From contig OZ024743.1 in NCBI GenBank assembly GCA_964016885.1, positions 868,001 through 932,000 of the forward strand: a stretch of DNA of 64,000 nt, given 5' to 3'. A program made the translations under genes and the position numbers. The notes below the pieces were generated by a model that saw only the letters and a list, made by a program, of their open reading frames with translations, was not told the origin of the DNA and made no database searches. Numbering within the stretch: the first letter of the stretch is position 1; every line of letters starts with the position of its first letter. The DNA comes from Eledone cirrhosa (lineage: Eukaryota). Shown here piece after piece: positions 14,004 to 30,420 of the stretch.

Positions 14004-14263
14004 GTATTTACATATAGTGTTTGTAAGATTGAGCGGTTAACCTATAAGCATTAAATTAATCTGCATAGTTCATCGTTTTACTAGGCAATATTATGTGAAT
14101 AATGTCCCAAGGGGAATATACTTCAGATAACTGGTTCTGCCACCCACTGTGCATTTCAATGTTAAGACTTACATAAAAATGCACACACATGTATATTGCA
14201 AGTTCCATGGCTGTTATTAACTATGAAATACTACTGATTGTTCCGAACTTTTATTAACTTAAA

Positions 14264-14386
<123 letters not shown>

Positions 14387-14687
14387 CATACATACATGTA
14401 AAAATGAGCAAACTCATCGGTAGAACAACCTTCAAAACAGCTAAATGCTTTCAAAGACAGTGATGGGCAAATTTGCCTGAGAGGACAGAGACCAGCGGCT
14501 AGTAAAGAGACAATCCACAGTGTGGCTGACAGGCAGACGAACAGCTTAATTCTTGTTCAGGCCGACCCAGATTCGAGCACCGTATGCAAATGAGGCTAAT
14601 CAGCCTATGTCATAGGCGTCAAAACTATATATTTTCGCCGATACTGAGTTCCAACAGAATGCGAGGTAAAGGGGAGTGTTAGCATAA

Positions 14688-14867
14688 TAACTGTTTCTAC
14701 GTTAGGCACAAGGCCAGCAATTACCCAGTGTATTACTGGTACTTTATTTTATCGACCCCGTAAGGATGAAAGGCAAAGTTAACCTCGGCGGGATTTGAAC
14801 TCAGAATGGCAAGGGCCGTAACTCTATGCGTCAAAGCATGGCGTCCGACCCTCTACCAATACTGCCA
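14688..14867 (-). mobile_element. SINE copy
   Basis: Reverse complement of the family consensus. Confidence 0.85.
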
Positions 14868-15921
14868 TAACGACCATCATTCAGATACGACTGTCAGTAA
14901 TATCCTCTTCCTCCTGCTGGAATTCGCTAGATGGCGCCCCGCCGTCAGCTTATAAAGTTCACAGCAAAAAACTTTCAAATATTTATACGTAAACAAGCCG
15001 TATATAATTAGATATACAGAATACGCATACTTATATATATAGTCCCGTCAACTTATTATTATTTTCTCCCAACTAGCAGATTAACAATGTAAGTTGAACA
15101 ATTTTATCACATTTTTTATTGTTTTGTTTAATATGCGCTCTAATAGATGTTCTTCCTCTCTCACTCACATATTAAAAGTTGTGAAATGACCGGTTTACGC
15201 ACCTGGCTGGTCGAAATATCAAGAATTCGAATTCTAACCAATGCGCTAACTCTATATCGCTGTCTAATCGCCTGTTGGCATTTAATGTCCGGAAAGGTTT
15301 TAGGCATTACCATTGCTACTGTCGCACTGTTTCTCGCTTTAATACTTGGAGACTTGAGCCGAATGTTACCATTCTATTGTACAGCGTTGGAAACTGATTT
15401 TCTGTAATAACCGATTTTTCACTCGCTTGTTAATTTATGTTTGAAGTAAGTTGACCGAGTGCTTATGGCGGGGGAGGAACTATTTGAATTTCGTCTCCTG
15501 CCGTCACGTAAATTTCTGAATCCGTAGCTAATTGATTGACAGCATTGTGATAGCGCATACGGATTTCAGTTGCTAATGTACTACTGTGTTGACCATTACA
15601 GTCACTGTCATAGCCGACGCGGACTGGAATCGAATTCTGTCGATCGATTGGTTTTTGATTAGGCGAAACCGGCTGATGAAGCCACATGCACCGATTGTGC
15701 ATTGTTGCATAATATATGTAGACAGTAGATGCTGTGCACTCTATTGCTGAATTAAGCATTGCCGAAACTTGAGTACGGGTATAGATTGAAGGTACGTGTG
15801 TTGTATTGAAGCTAATAACTATGTGTCTTCTCTGGGATTTTACATATAGTCACACTCTACTATCCTAAATATCGAGTAACTGCTGAATAATGGTATTACT
15901 GGTTTAAAATGGTTAAATACT

Positions 15922-16013
<92 letters not shown>

Positions 16014-16699
16014 TATCTATATATATGCATATAAATGGTATTTTCTTTACACGTTTTGAAATTCCATGTTACTGTGTATGTGAAAATATATAATTTTCAA
16101 TGTATTTTATAATCAACAATTACAGAGAATATCCGGAACTTTTTCATATTTATAAGGTTTATTCTCCACCCGCTATTGATGTTATTTTAAAGTACTATTT
16201 AATTACCAGCCTTTTCTGTGAAATATAGTATTGTTACGTACACAACCGAACTTGATTGTAAAGAAAAAAACTTATCTGACAGTCATAAGAAAAGCCCCAC
16301 TGTCTTCTAAAAATAATTCACAGCTGTTGGTTATTAAATATAGACGCAATATCTACGACACACACTCACACATTCATACACACACATCGCAAGGAATAAA
16401 TTACTCACACAGATTCATATATAGAAGTACATACATACTTTAATTACTGTGCGTGTCATATTTTTTTCGTATATATAAACATTTTAGAGGTGAAGAAAAA
16501 TAGCAAAGGAATATACAGAGAGTGAAAGAGAGGAGGTGGTGAGAGATGGGCAGAGAGGGAGTGAGATAAAGAGGGAAAGACAGAGACAAATTAGAAAGTT
16601 GAGATCGGTGTATCCTTTCTCTAACAATTTATTATTTATATTTTGTAAAGCTCTATCAAATATTTGGCGATGTTACTAGGATGTCAGCCTGATGTTCGT

Positions 16700-17900
16700 A
16701 TATTAAACTATTATGGGATTTTTTTCCTAGTCGTTTAACTTGTATGGAACCACATTGCTGCTTCTCTGATAATGATTGGAGTAAAAAGGAATTTGCATTT
16801 TGGAGTGACCAGTTGCAAACTTCTTTTCTCTGATCTATGACTAAAACCCTTCTCTTGTATGCGTTGTGCCTCCTTGTACTATGTATATAGACATATCTCC
16901 TGGTTATAAAATCTATTTCAAATCAGTCCCTGATGCAAAATTTAGTTTGGTGTCATAATCTGAGAGAAATTTTGCAAGGTGGAAGAAAAATGCCCTTTAC
17001 TCAATTGAAAGAGTTTGTGAGATTTTTTATTAATGGGCCTGGCATTTATGTTGCCTTTCTTCTCGATTTATTGTATACCGTATTTTTCTATAAAGGAATA
17101 TTCTCATGTTTACCGAATTTTTGTAATGTTTCCTACTAATAATGTAGTTTGAGGTTTCCTTATAAAAACGAAACCGTTTTCAATCGTGTACCAACATCAG
17201 CATATTTAAAATCGCTAAATTTAATTTCAACAAAGAGATTCAATTGATTTTCTGTGTGTTTATTGATTTGGAGGTTCTAGTTGGTTGATCTAAATGGCAT
17301 TTTTAAAAGCAAATATGAGGATAGATTGCACTAGAAAACATAAACTCCAACTGTGACTAAGTAGCTCTTAACTTTCACGTATAACTTAATGTTAAATTAC
17401 GTCTCCCAATGATTTATGGTGAAAGAAACCCTTCAATGTTAACCACTAGACATTTGAAAGTTGTTCTGGTTTTTTAGTATCTAGTTACATAATCCACTAT
17501 CAAATACAATTTCATATTCTAATTAAATAACAGATAAAAGTGGAAGCTTTGCAAAGTTTAATATATCCATTTACCTCAGCTTGTCCGGCTATTATAACAT
17601 CATTAATATTAGAGTAATTCGGTAGAAACCTATTGACTTATCTACGTATCTGGTATAGAAAATATAGATAGCGCTATTGTGTAGTGTTAGGTTACAATTA
17701 GTAGTTCACTAAGTTTGGCACGTGTAAGTTACTTGTGGGGTATCTAATGTTCCCTTTTGATCTTTTTTTCATAATGAAATTAAGTCCTTTGAGGAGGAGG
17801 AGGTGAAGTACTCTTCTTAATATCTTATTATGGAAATTTGGAAGTTTTTAACGTAGAGAATCCAGTATTTGTTATACATTCGTTCTTTTCTGGGTGTTTG
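16700..17900 (-). pseudogene. Possible heavily decayed PLE reverse transcriptase remnant
   Basis: The minus strand at ~17640-17660 reads F-Y-T-R-Y-V-D (RT motif C like); no open frame survives; boundaries approximate. Confidence 0.3.
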
Positions 17901-19376
17901 TAGTTTTCTCGTCTTAATTCCTTCCACTATTTTGTCTTTCCTGTTTCACTGCTCTCTCACTATATTTACTTGGCTTTTGAGTATTATTATATTTCTTATT
18001 TTGTTAACGTCATTTATATTGCTTATATTTAAGCTCTGGTAGACCGGAGAGTATTTGGCAACTGCTTTGTTTAGTTTCGTTTCACGTCTTCCATTTATGC
18101 CGTGCTAATTTGCATTTTAATTTTTTCACACGTAGCTGTATGATTCAGTTTTACATAATTGGCAGTTTACTGTTTTATGGTTTCAAATTTCGTATTTCTA
18201 AACCGCTTTTGTGATTTTTATTTGTTTAGGATTGTTCGTGGAAATGTCTTTTGTTTTAACAATTATCTGCAAATGTTTTCTTCGCAAAGAGACGCTGCTT
18301 TTTCTATAAAATCTCTTCAGAATGTTTTAATGGATACAACTTGTGTTGTTTCCTCTATTATTATTATTATTATTGTTTGTTTTATTTGTTTTTTTGTTTG
18401 TTTGTTTGATTTTGCTTACTTTTGGTGAATCAGCTATGTGATTATAGTAATATATATTACGAGAATTAACATCTGACACATGCCCGTCCGATTTCAGGCT
18501 ATCATGTTAGATGGGTCAAGTTCCATCTCGGAATATTTTAGTGCATTTTGCTGTTCTCGGCAAATTTCTACAAGAGTTACAATTTATAAAAACGATTTAG
18601 ATATTGGCTTTCTGATAATTTAACATTTGTCGTATGGGAACGTGACTGTTTTAGTTTAAAACTAAAACACTGAGATCAATTAGAAATAGCCTTAGCAATT
18701 CTACATCCATTTCTATGCAAGCAATACGCTTTGTCCCTATGCCTGTACGTGGCTAATAATAGCTGCTATATTATTTCAAATCAGAAGTTAATATCATTAA
18801 TAAAGAGGCCCCACTGGCAATGTACCCCAAGATATATACAAAGACGGATGATTACAAATGAGTTTCGGTGTACATGAACATAACATCTATACTCCTGTAT
18901 ATAAGTAGGTGCAGCTGATTTTATGTGGTTATTTAAGTGATTATGTGTGGTTCCGTAATAGCTAGGGTATCAGGTTGTTTTTGATTGAAATCCCGACGTG
19001 TACTAACAAAATTTTCTCCTTCTCTATCTACTATATAATATTACACCATTAACTCACCTCTACCTCCCTATAGAAAAGCGTGATTCATATTTAGAGGGAT
19101 CGCACTGAATATATTTACTAGATATGAGCGAAATAACCTAGGATCGACACAGGCCTGACTCTGTAAACTAAGCAGCAATAAAAAGAAAATATATATAACG
19201 CATATTATTTCTTGAACTAAAGAGTATATAATATATATGAATGTTTTCTTCTTACGAACTCACAGAGAAATATAGAATTTTCCTGACAGCGATTTCGAAT
19301 TTCCGATAGTTACAGCTTATTTAAATATGAAGTGAATCATGACAGCAAAGATTAGGTATCGTACTGGTATTTGTAT

Positions 19377-19492
<116 letters not shown>

Positions 19493-21025
19493 ATGTATAA
19501 GTTCCTAATAACGTTATTATTGGTTGATTTTCATAAAACATCTTTTATTTTGAACAGTAGAATGATAGAAGTACAGTATCGTCTTAAGAATCTACATAAT
19601 TGTTTATAGTGTATATAAAATGGTTAGTGTAATTAACAGTGTGTGTGTGTGTTAGTAATATGGATTTATAGATTAATTACTTGGAAATCTTGGATAATTT
19701 AAAAAGGTTTTGATAGACATAAAACATAAAAAAAACGTCCATTTCATGCTCGCCTATCGACACCTCTTTGACCAATTCGATAGCGTATATACAGGCGCAA
19801 AGTGTTTGTGAGAGCGTATCTAATGTCAGATAGGGAGCATGACTTTTTCATTGCTTTCGAGGGTGGTGTGAAGAATGATGGATGTTATCATCGGATCTGA
19901 GATTTCGTCTGAATGTTTGCACTTGAGTGTAACCCGATTAAGTCACGCAAGGTCTTGGTTGTGGTGTTAAACTGGGTAATGGTTTAATCTACCACTGTAA
20001 TAAATACTCCATGTTAGGATGTATATAGTTTCTGAGCAGATTCTCTAAAGAGTTAATCGAGCCAGTTTTACAATATAAATATTTGACGAGTCAGTATGAT
20101 AGCGCATGATTTCTACATTCTCTAATTCAACCCCAGTATGTCAACGTTTATCATCTTTCAATGCGGCGGTGAACCGTAAAATAAATACTGATATTGTATA
20201 CTTGATTTGGTTCAAACAACCATCAGTCGCTCATTCACGCCATATAAATTATATGAATAATGTACTTATTACTGAAAATATATTTAAACATAATATAATA
20301 AACTGACGAATAAGTAATTTATAATTCTTCCATTGCACATATTCATCGCTCTCAATGGTTTAAATATTCGATTAATATTTGTGAAACTGTACACACAGAA
20401 CACCTTTTAGTTTGTTAGTTGGGGATGGTGCAAAATATACTCAATGACCCGCACAAGCAAACAATATCTACGTACGTTTATTAGCCATCTTAAACAATGC
20501 AAGAGCCCTGTTTTGACCTTTTAAAGAACGAGTTTTCTAAAAGACTTTCTTATTCATCCACTATCGTTTTGTCTGTCCTGTGCTTTACTACAAATAGCAA
20601 AAATGTCACTCACGTTGTACCCGGGTCGGTTTATTTTTTACCAGTTTATCATTTTCTTTTTATGGGTGTGCCCATATAAGAAATCACATTAAGTAGTATG
20701 TTTATTCGCATTAGTATTATTTTATCCTCTTTTTCTTAAGCATTGCACTCAAACAGCGGGAGTCAGTAAGCTCTTAAATACCTCATAGTGGGTGTCAGAA
20801 ATAACCTGACAGCACAGTGCCAGCGGTATTGATTCTATAAAATGTTTTTGTAGCAATTAAATTCCAGCGTAGTTTGCTGACGTGGGAGATGTCATGGAAA
20901 AAATCTAATAAAACAGTCGATTGAAACCTTATGTCTTTCTTCGAAAGTTCAATATTCAGACAACTTGAAAATCTTTGGGGATTCAATATAAATAAAAACA
21001 TAATCTAAAGTGTGCCAGCATTGTG

Positions 21026-21119
<94 letters not shown>

Positions 21120-21172
21120 GAAACACATATATATATACATATATATATAAATATACATATACCATATATATA

Positions 21173-21226
<54 letters not shown>

Positions 21227-21319
21227 GAGAACGCAAATATCATCCCATGATGATATTAGTTTTTGAAATGCGCATAATAAAATATATGGAACTCTTTTAA
21301 CCATCTTTTGATTTTATAT

Positions 21320-21366
<47 letters not shown>

Positions 21367-21953
21367 GAGCAAGTAATGTTCATGCTTATGCGTTTGTATC
21401 AATAATACTTATAACAAGTTGACATTTTCTGGAAAAATACCCTGGCTGAACTTAGCTTTAGCATTACGGTGCCAGGTAAATCTCTATTTGCAATAGTAAT
21501 GTTTATATTATTGAATAATATTGTATCTTTCCATAGATTTAGAGGCCTTAAAGCATGCTACTTCGATACAAAAAAAGAAACGTTTGAAATGAATTTGAAA
21601 TAAAGACTCGCGAGTTTGTCAATCTAAGGAGTGCAATACTGTATATCTACTATCATTTCATCGGTAGAAGTCATACATAACCAGTTTTTTATTGTCTTGT
21701 GGCAAATGATTAAAACAATAGTAGCAGGTATGTCGGTTGTGCAAGTAACTCTTAGTTCGATTTTAGTTGATAGGTAATGGCAACAGATAAGCATTAAGAT
21801 TCCCATTATTCAGCCCACATAGTAAAAGCTGTGTAATTTTCCTCTGCATCTTTTACTTTCTGGCCTGTAAGAAAAATAGTAAATAATTAGCAACAATGAA
21901 ACATGTATAACTTGCAAATTACATTGTTAAAAGCTTTGAAACCAAAGGACCGC

Positions 21954-22315
21954 CACTGTAAAGTGGTCGGGTAAGTATCATGAAAAAAAGCACCCAGCCG
22001 ACACTGTAAAGTGGTCGTGTTGATGTCAGGACAAAAAGCACCCAATCCACACTGTAAAGTGGTCATGTAGGTGTCACAACAAAAAACACCCAGTCTACAT
22101 TGTAAGGTGCATGTGTAGGTGTCATGACAAAAAGTACCTGTAAAGTACACTGTAAATGTGGTTGGTCTTAAGAAGGGCATCCAGCCATAGAAACCAAACC
22201 AAAATCAGTTTTCTATGAGCAAAACACAGTCATCTGATCTGGCTTGTCTCACAACGAGACAGCTCATTTAAACCATGTTAACATGGAAAATGGACATTAA
22301 ACGGTGCTGATGATA
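21954..22315 (+). mobile_element. SINE/LINE 3' portion with an internal ~45-bp tandem repeat (x5)
   Basis: Repeats of cactgtaaagtggtc...aaaaagcaccca, then aagggcatccagccatagaaacc and a tgatgat tail; related sequence at ~22850-23045. Confidence 0.6.
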
Positions 22316-22359
22316 TATATGTATATGTAAAATAAATAAAAATAACCGCTTTCGCGCGA

Positions 22360-22470
22360 GTTCGAGCGAGCTTTTTCGTTTTTGCTCAACGTGTGGTTTC
22401 CATGTACGCTGAGCTCACCTTGAGTACCCCTGTGTTACCCTTTAACAGAAGTACCTCCCCAGTCAAACTC
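22360..22470 (-). pseudogene. Degenerate 28S rRNA fragment
   Basis: Minus strand gagtttgactggggaggtac...aaggtgagctcag...aaaagctcgct matches the conserved LSU segment GAGTTTGACTGGGGCGGTAC...AAGGCGAGCTCAG...AAAAGCTCGCT. Confidence 0.8.
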
Positions 22471-23225
22471 TTTTACCAGCAAACACATAGGAGCCATCAC
22501 TGCTTCTTTCATTACTTCCTGCCATTATTGTTTTTCTCCCAGTACTGTCTGTTCCATTATTCCTTCCTCTAGCACTCTCTTACACAAATCATGGTGTTTT
22601 GACCATCATACTCTTGCATTTTCACTTACAGTCTAATTCATCTTATTGTCCTCTCTTACATTCATCTTTTTTTCATATTGCCTTAAATGGACAGACAATG
22701 TAGAGTAGTGAGTATTCTCTAATCTTACTAGGTTTAAGGCAATTTCACTAGTGCTAGTACCACACTTGGTTAAGTAGTTAGTAGGGCCAAGAGAATTCTT
22801 TATTCTTGTAGACAACATAACCTCTCTAGTGCTGATGCCATGATAAAATTTGCTCAGTACACTGTTAATGGTTAGTGTTACAAAGAGCATCCAGTTGTAG
22901 AAACCATGGTAAAAGTAGAATTTACAAGCAAGACATGGCCAGCCTGACTTCTCTAGGAAAGCGATAACTGAAATAAGAACTGACTGACTGTTACAACCCA
23001 TCCAATCCAAGCTAGCATGGAAACTAGACGTAAAATGGTAATGATATATGTGTATAAACGCCTGTTTTAATAGATTTGTGTAATTTAATACATTAAATAC
23101 TCCAAAAATATTGATTAATAATATAGTGACCCGACAACACAAACACACACATATAAATACACACAAACACACACATACACAAAAACGCAGACATACCGAT
23201 ACACGCATATACATACATACATACA

Positions 23226-23259
<34 letters not shown>

Positions 23260-23262
23260 CAT

Positions 23263-24672
<1,410 letters not shown>

Positions 24673-24712
24673 AAATGTATATATATATAAAACGCAGACA
24701 CACACACACACA

Positions 24713-24762
<50 letters not shown>

Positions 24763-26345
24763 TGTGTGTGTGTGTGTCTGCGTTTTTGTGTATCTGTATG
24801 TCTGCATTTTTGTGTATGTGTGTCTGTGTGTGTGTGTATGTGTTGTTGGGTCACTATGCGTATGTATATATATGCATAAATTATATATATAGGAAAATGC
24901 GGGAATGGGAAACGTGGAAATACAGTCGCTCTTCGACAGGTTGCAATCGAACCCCTAGCAGTGGAGAACTCTGGTGTCCTTGGCCCTAGGGCCACTTCCC
25001 TATCATAACGACCATAGGCGCTGAGCTGGCTAGCCTCATGTGTGAGCCTCGTGAGCTGGAATAGCTCTTCTCTTCCAGCACATCTCCCTCACCATCTCCG
25101 TCACCATCCTCCGGGGAAACGCTTTCTCTATTCTGTCCACAGGGGCCGTGGGACGGCCAGCGCATGGGACCCCATTTACTCATAATAGTGAGAGATGGGG
25201 AGGGCGTGAGAGATGGAGGCCATGACAGTGGAAGTTTGTTTACTCAGTGTTCGGACTTGGTGTACATGTGTGTATAATTTTACACTATCAACCCTTTCTT
25301 TTCCTCTTTCCTTGTAAAATATATATGTGTGTATCTTAATCCTGTCATCACTGTAAACATGTACTCACATTCGACACCTTCAAATAATAACTTAGCAAAA
25401 TCGGGTCAGATAACTCAATAGACAGTCAAAGGAATCCACCAGCCGCTACATAGCGGCTGCTGGCCATCTTTTTCCGTCCATTTAAATGAATAAAATTTTA
25501 ATATATGGGAAGTTATACTAAATTCTTCGGAAATATACTTCAATGAAATTTCCAGATGACTTAGATCGTATGCAGACAATCTATGAATAAGTCTTGAGAA
25601 TATTTATAACATGAATATCGAAGGAAATGGACAACATGATTTGAATCTCTCATTTTACCATTCTCAAGTATCCGTCATATGATATTTATGATTATATTTA
25701 CATTATTCTTCATTCAGCTACTTTAAAATAATGTGTTATTTCGAATATTTATATATATATAAAGTAAAATATATTCATTTAATACAATCATTTAATACGA
25801 AACATTGCCTTAAAGGTAATCAAGAATGTATCTTTTATAACGTTGCCTTTAAAAATGCGTGAATATCATAGTCTTGATTTTGAATAGATCTTGAGTTGTT
25901 TTCAAACTGTCTTAAAAATTAACAAAGTACAAAATACAATCCCCACTGGACAGACATCAGGTGATATTCTGCGTCTGCAAAGGTAATACAAATAATTCAA
26001 ACAGTGCAATAACTTTTATACCAAGAGAACGAAAAGAAGGGTAACATTTCGTCCAGAAGCCTTCATTGGATGAGAAATGATAACTCGTGTTGGAAGGTTA
26101 GTAAATTGAGATTAGTGAGTGAGAGGGTGAGAGAGGAGTAAGAAAGATGTGGTGATAGGCAAGGTAGATGCGAATCAGAAATATCTTTCAATGGATGTTA
26201 ATACTTATTCGTCGTTTTTAGAGGCGCGCTGGTAGGGAGAATGAGAATTATTTACTTCATATGTTGATTTCTGAACGTTTATCCTTAGTACCATGACCAA
26301 TTTGTTAATTTTTATTTTTTTTTGTATTTCCAGAACAACATTACT

Positions 26346-28650
26346 AGATATATATTAGGGTTTTTAAAGATAACTAGAGGGAGATTTGGATGGAAATAGT
26401 CGTTGTTTAGTCCTGTAATCTGAAATAGATTTTATAGTACAGCTGGTGGTAGCATGAATTTAAATTAATATTAGGCCTGTGCTGTTCACAGCTCCCTAAT
26501 CAATCTAAATATAATTGTATACTTTTGTCCTTACTTATCAGAACAATTTCATTGGATTAAAACACCCGAGTTATAAAACAATTACGCAATTACGTATGCT
26601 CATCCATTCCTTCTTTAATGGGCTTCCACACGAATACACGAATACAATTCTCACACTTCCTGTAGTTAATTCCTTGCCTAAAACCTAAATGTGGTGTCGT
26701 ATCGTTGCTATTAAAACCCATGATACCATACGTGTATCGCATATAATTTATGAGAAAATGAATTTAAGAAAGATAAAGAGAAGTTCATCATTATTACCCT
26801 CTGAAAGGGCGACCTCTTAATATTTGGGCCTTTGGCACAAATATTTTAACTTTAATATTTTTCACGCCTACAACCGTAAAATAATGGACGAGATATGACC
26901 CTCTGCTTTGACACAGCTCTCTCGTGAGAATGACTCAAAGATCGAGTGTAGCTTCACATCCTCCACCAACAACGAAGTCACCAGTGATACCATTACCACC
27001 ACTACAGACAAGGTAGCCGCCGTGATCAAGAAGAAGAACAACAACAGCAACAACGGCTACGACAGCAAAAAGAGTATAAACGACAACAACCTTCGGACCA
27101 AGGAAGATGAAACGTAAGGGTCAGAGTCAGTGGTGTCCCGCTAGGATGGGACATCTGGTGGATCCTATGGGGTGTGGTACGAGAGGATAGCGACACCCTA
27201 TTAGAAGTCAGCCGCAGGGATATATTTGAAGATTCTATTACATATTAAGCCAAATAGGATGGACCTAATCTACCTACCAGATTACGTGGCGCTAAACTTG
27301 TAATTGAGGGCAAGAAATGCCGTTGTTTTCTCTGTGGAAAAACGCGACACCTAGGAGCTTTTTTCTATCAACAGAAGACGGGGAACTACAAAACCCCATT
27401 GCTGCCAACACCCGGTCCTCAACAATCACAACAACAACATCATCAACAACGACCAACATCAACTACACCATCAGTAGCAACACCAAAACCAACAATGCCA
27501 CCAACACCAACAACAGACTCCAAAAACACCACCTAATGGGGTGCGTCATAAAAACTCTCCATCTCCTCCTCTCTCACCGTCTCATCTAAACACAAAAACA
27601 CGCATAGACACCCACCCAATCACAAACACTAACACGCTCCCACGAACATTCGAAACATAAACCAGGACTTCCTCATTTCAGAGTGTAGATGAGGAGGAAC
27701 TTAAAAATAAAAAACAAAAAACAAAAAAAACGAAACCGCAAGACAAAATAATCTGGCATCACACACATTATAGAAAACACAGACACCACACACAACAAAC
27801 ACAGATACATCCAAAACAATTCAAACGCCACCAACTCCACATCCCCTAAGACTACCACCACTACCACCAGCAGAACAACAAAATATACAAAAATGACACA
27901 CATCCACAGCAAACAACACCACATACAGAAAGCGTCATGTTAGTAAGGGCCAACGAAGAACTGGTGGCTCTCATAGCGTTAAGTAAAGAGATTATGAAAG
28001 GGGGTTATATTTCTGGCACTGAATCTCTAATGATGATAACAATTTCGATGGGTACCTACAGAGATATATCAGGGTTTTTTAAGATAACTGGTTTGAGGGA
28101 GATGTTGATGGATATATTTGATGTTTAGTCCTGTAATCTGAAATAGATTTCATATTACAGCTGGTGGTAGCGTGAATTTAAATTCATATTAGGCCTGCGC
28201 TGTTCACATCTCCCCAATTACTCTAAATATAATTGTATACATTTGTCCTTACTTATCAAACAAATTTTATTGCATAAAACAAGCGAGTTATAAAACAATT
28301 ACGCAATTATGCATCACCATCCTTTCTTTCTTTAATGGGCTTTCCCACGAATACAATTCTCACACTTCCTGTAGTTAATTCCTTGCCTAAAACCTAAATG
28401 TGATGTCATATCGTTGCTATTAAAACCCATGATACCATACGTGTATCGCATATAATTTATGATAAAATGAATTTAAGAAAGATAGAGCAGTTCATCATTA
28501 TTACCCTCTGAAAAGACGATCTCATAATATTTGGGCCTTCGGCACATATATTTCAAATTTAATTCTTTTTCACGCCTACAGGCGTAAAATAATGGTCGAG
28601 ATACGGCCCTCCCCTTTGAGCAAGCTCTCACGAGACAGTGACTCAAGGCT
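26346..28650. repeat. ~590-bp diverged direct repeats (26346-26940, 28061-28650) around a decayed ORF1/gag-like segment
   Basis: Collinear similarity of both blocks; ~27322-27360 on plus reads R-C-F-L-C-G-K-T-R-H (partial CCHC knuckle). Confidence 0.6.
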
Positions 28651-28854
28651 TTCAATATGACGAGGGTACCTAATTTGAAATCCACCAGTAGGCTTTTAAA
28701 GGGGTTTCCGAAAGAAACCCCCACCAAATATGGAGATCATACCAGCCGATCTCCAACAGCACCCAAAGGGTATGCAGCTCTTCCTTTTCTCTTGACTAAC
28801 CAGCCGACACGGCTATTATAAGAATAAATGTTTGTGGCCTGGGATCGTCCTGAA

Positions 28855-29040
28855 AGCAAGTTACTTGCTGAACGATCTCAGATTATTACATAAATATATG
28901 ACTACTGTCAGCAAGACCGGGATTTCCAACACACGCGCCCTAGCCCCCATTTTCCATGACTATGAGACCTGGAATTGGGAGCGGGATGGCAGTGATGTTT
29001 AGGAAAGGCCAGGATCTTGAGCCACGTTCGATCTTCCTGT
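28855..29040 (+). pseudogene. Possible LINE AP-endonuclease N-terminal remnant
   Basis: Fragments read YLLNDLR... and GSGMAVMFRKGQDL, resembling L1/Tx1-type APE motifs. Confidence 0.3.
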
Positions 29041-29719
29041 CATTCATTATCATATTATATATCTAATTCACCAGTAAAATTTATCAATAAGATATTAAGA
29101 AAAGATTATGAAGTGTGTATGCTGTGACAAGGTGAATGCTTTATTTTTGTCATGTAAGTGTTGTTTGTTAATCTATGGTTAGCTATGCACCAGCAGTGCT
29201 CTAATGAATGTCATTCGAGCCATGAATATCCCATCTGTTTTAGTGTCGCTTCAAGATTACACTGTCTGAATTTTTCCTTTTTTTCAGATGGTTAGAAGGT
29301 TTACGGTGTTTTGAGGCATTTTTGACTGCTATTATAGGAGGCTGGCTCATAATCTATGTTGTTATTGTTTAATCCCAGATCCAACTTGGTCGAATAAACG
29401 CATGATTAAATGCAGTCAACTCGTACCATTATGGATTTTCTTAGGACTACAATATTGAATGTGGTTGTGGTGGTAGTAGTAGTAGTATTAGTATTAGTAG
29501 TAATAGTAGTATTTTCTTTGTAAACTTTGGCTCTTAAATTATATACAATAAGTCAACTGGAAACAAACAAGCAAATATATATGATAATAAAGAAAAAACT
29601 ATTATATACAAAAGAATTAGACCTATATTATGATGATGATCATCATGATTAAATAAATACTTTTTTTTAAATCAAACATGAAATTTTATAATGAACGGTT
29701 GTGTTGTGAAATAACTTTG

Positions 29720-30420
29720 ATAAGTGTGATAGGTTTCGGCCAGTATTGTCCCAGGCCATGTCTAACTTAAATAGCATCACCTGGTCCCGAATTTCTTGGA
29801 GTAATTTGTCCAAAAAACATTTTGAATTTTATGGGATATTTTTTTGTTTTTATGTATTTTGGTGTGATGTTAAAAAGGGTGGGACCAGTTCAGGTGAAAT
29901 AATTGTGCTGTAATGTCGTTATGAGATGTGAGCATGATTTGTTTTAGCGGGTGGATAGGTCAGGGCCCTAGCCTTATGTGTATTTTGAAGATGATGCAAA
30001 CAATGCTGATGGAATATTTTCTGATTTATTCACTCATGGAGGCCTTGGAAACAATACAGTTTGAGCTTTTCTAATCGAATCCAATGCTCAAGGTCTGTCA
30101 CAACGTCTATCTTTTTGTGATTGAACTTTGAGGTCCTTCATTTTTTATAATACATTATTTCGTGTGGGTAGACGACGGTGGGCAACAGTATTCAAATTGG
30201 GGTCGGGCATGAATGATTAAAAGTAGAGAAGAAAAGTCCTGTGAATCCCAAAACACATCCTGCTGGCTAAGGCAACTTGGTGTTTATATGAGTAGCTTAG
30301 CTTAGTTTATCAACGTATTATGGATAGTGTGAGAGAATCTCGTAGAGGTTCAGGTTTGTTTGGAGCTCAACCTTGAAGCAAGGCGATGGGGAACTTTTTT
30401 TTTAATCTGCCAAAACAATT
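29720..30420 (-). mobile_element. Old 3' fragment of the same CR1/L2-like LINE family as 34985-36955
   Basis: Reverse complement contains ccaggtgatgctatttaagttagacatggcctgggacaatactggccgaaac, matching 36887-36938. Confidence 0.8.

Noticed and set aside
15740-15785. HHR-like motif (ctgaatta...gccgaaacttgagta); similar weak cases at ~44471 and ~47787
   Set aside because: Core or stem I too degenerate to call.
21954-22160. Regularly spaced repeats resembling a CRISPR array
   Set aside because: Whole units are homologous (no unique spacers), the context is eukaryotic and there are no cas genes.
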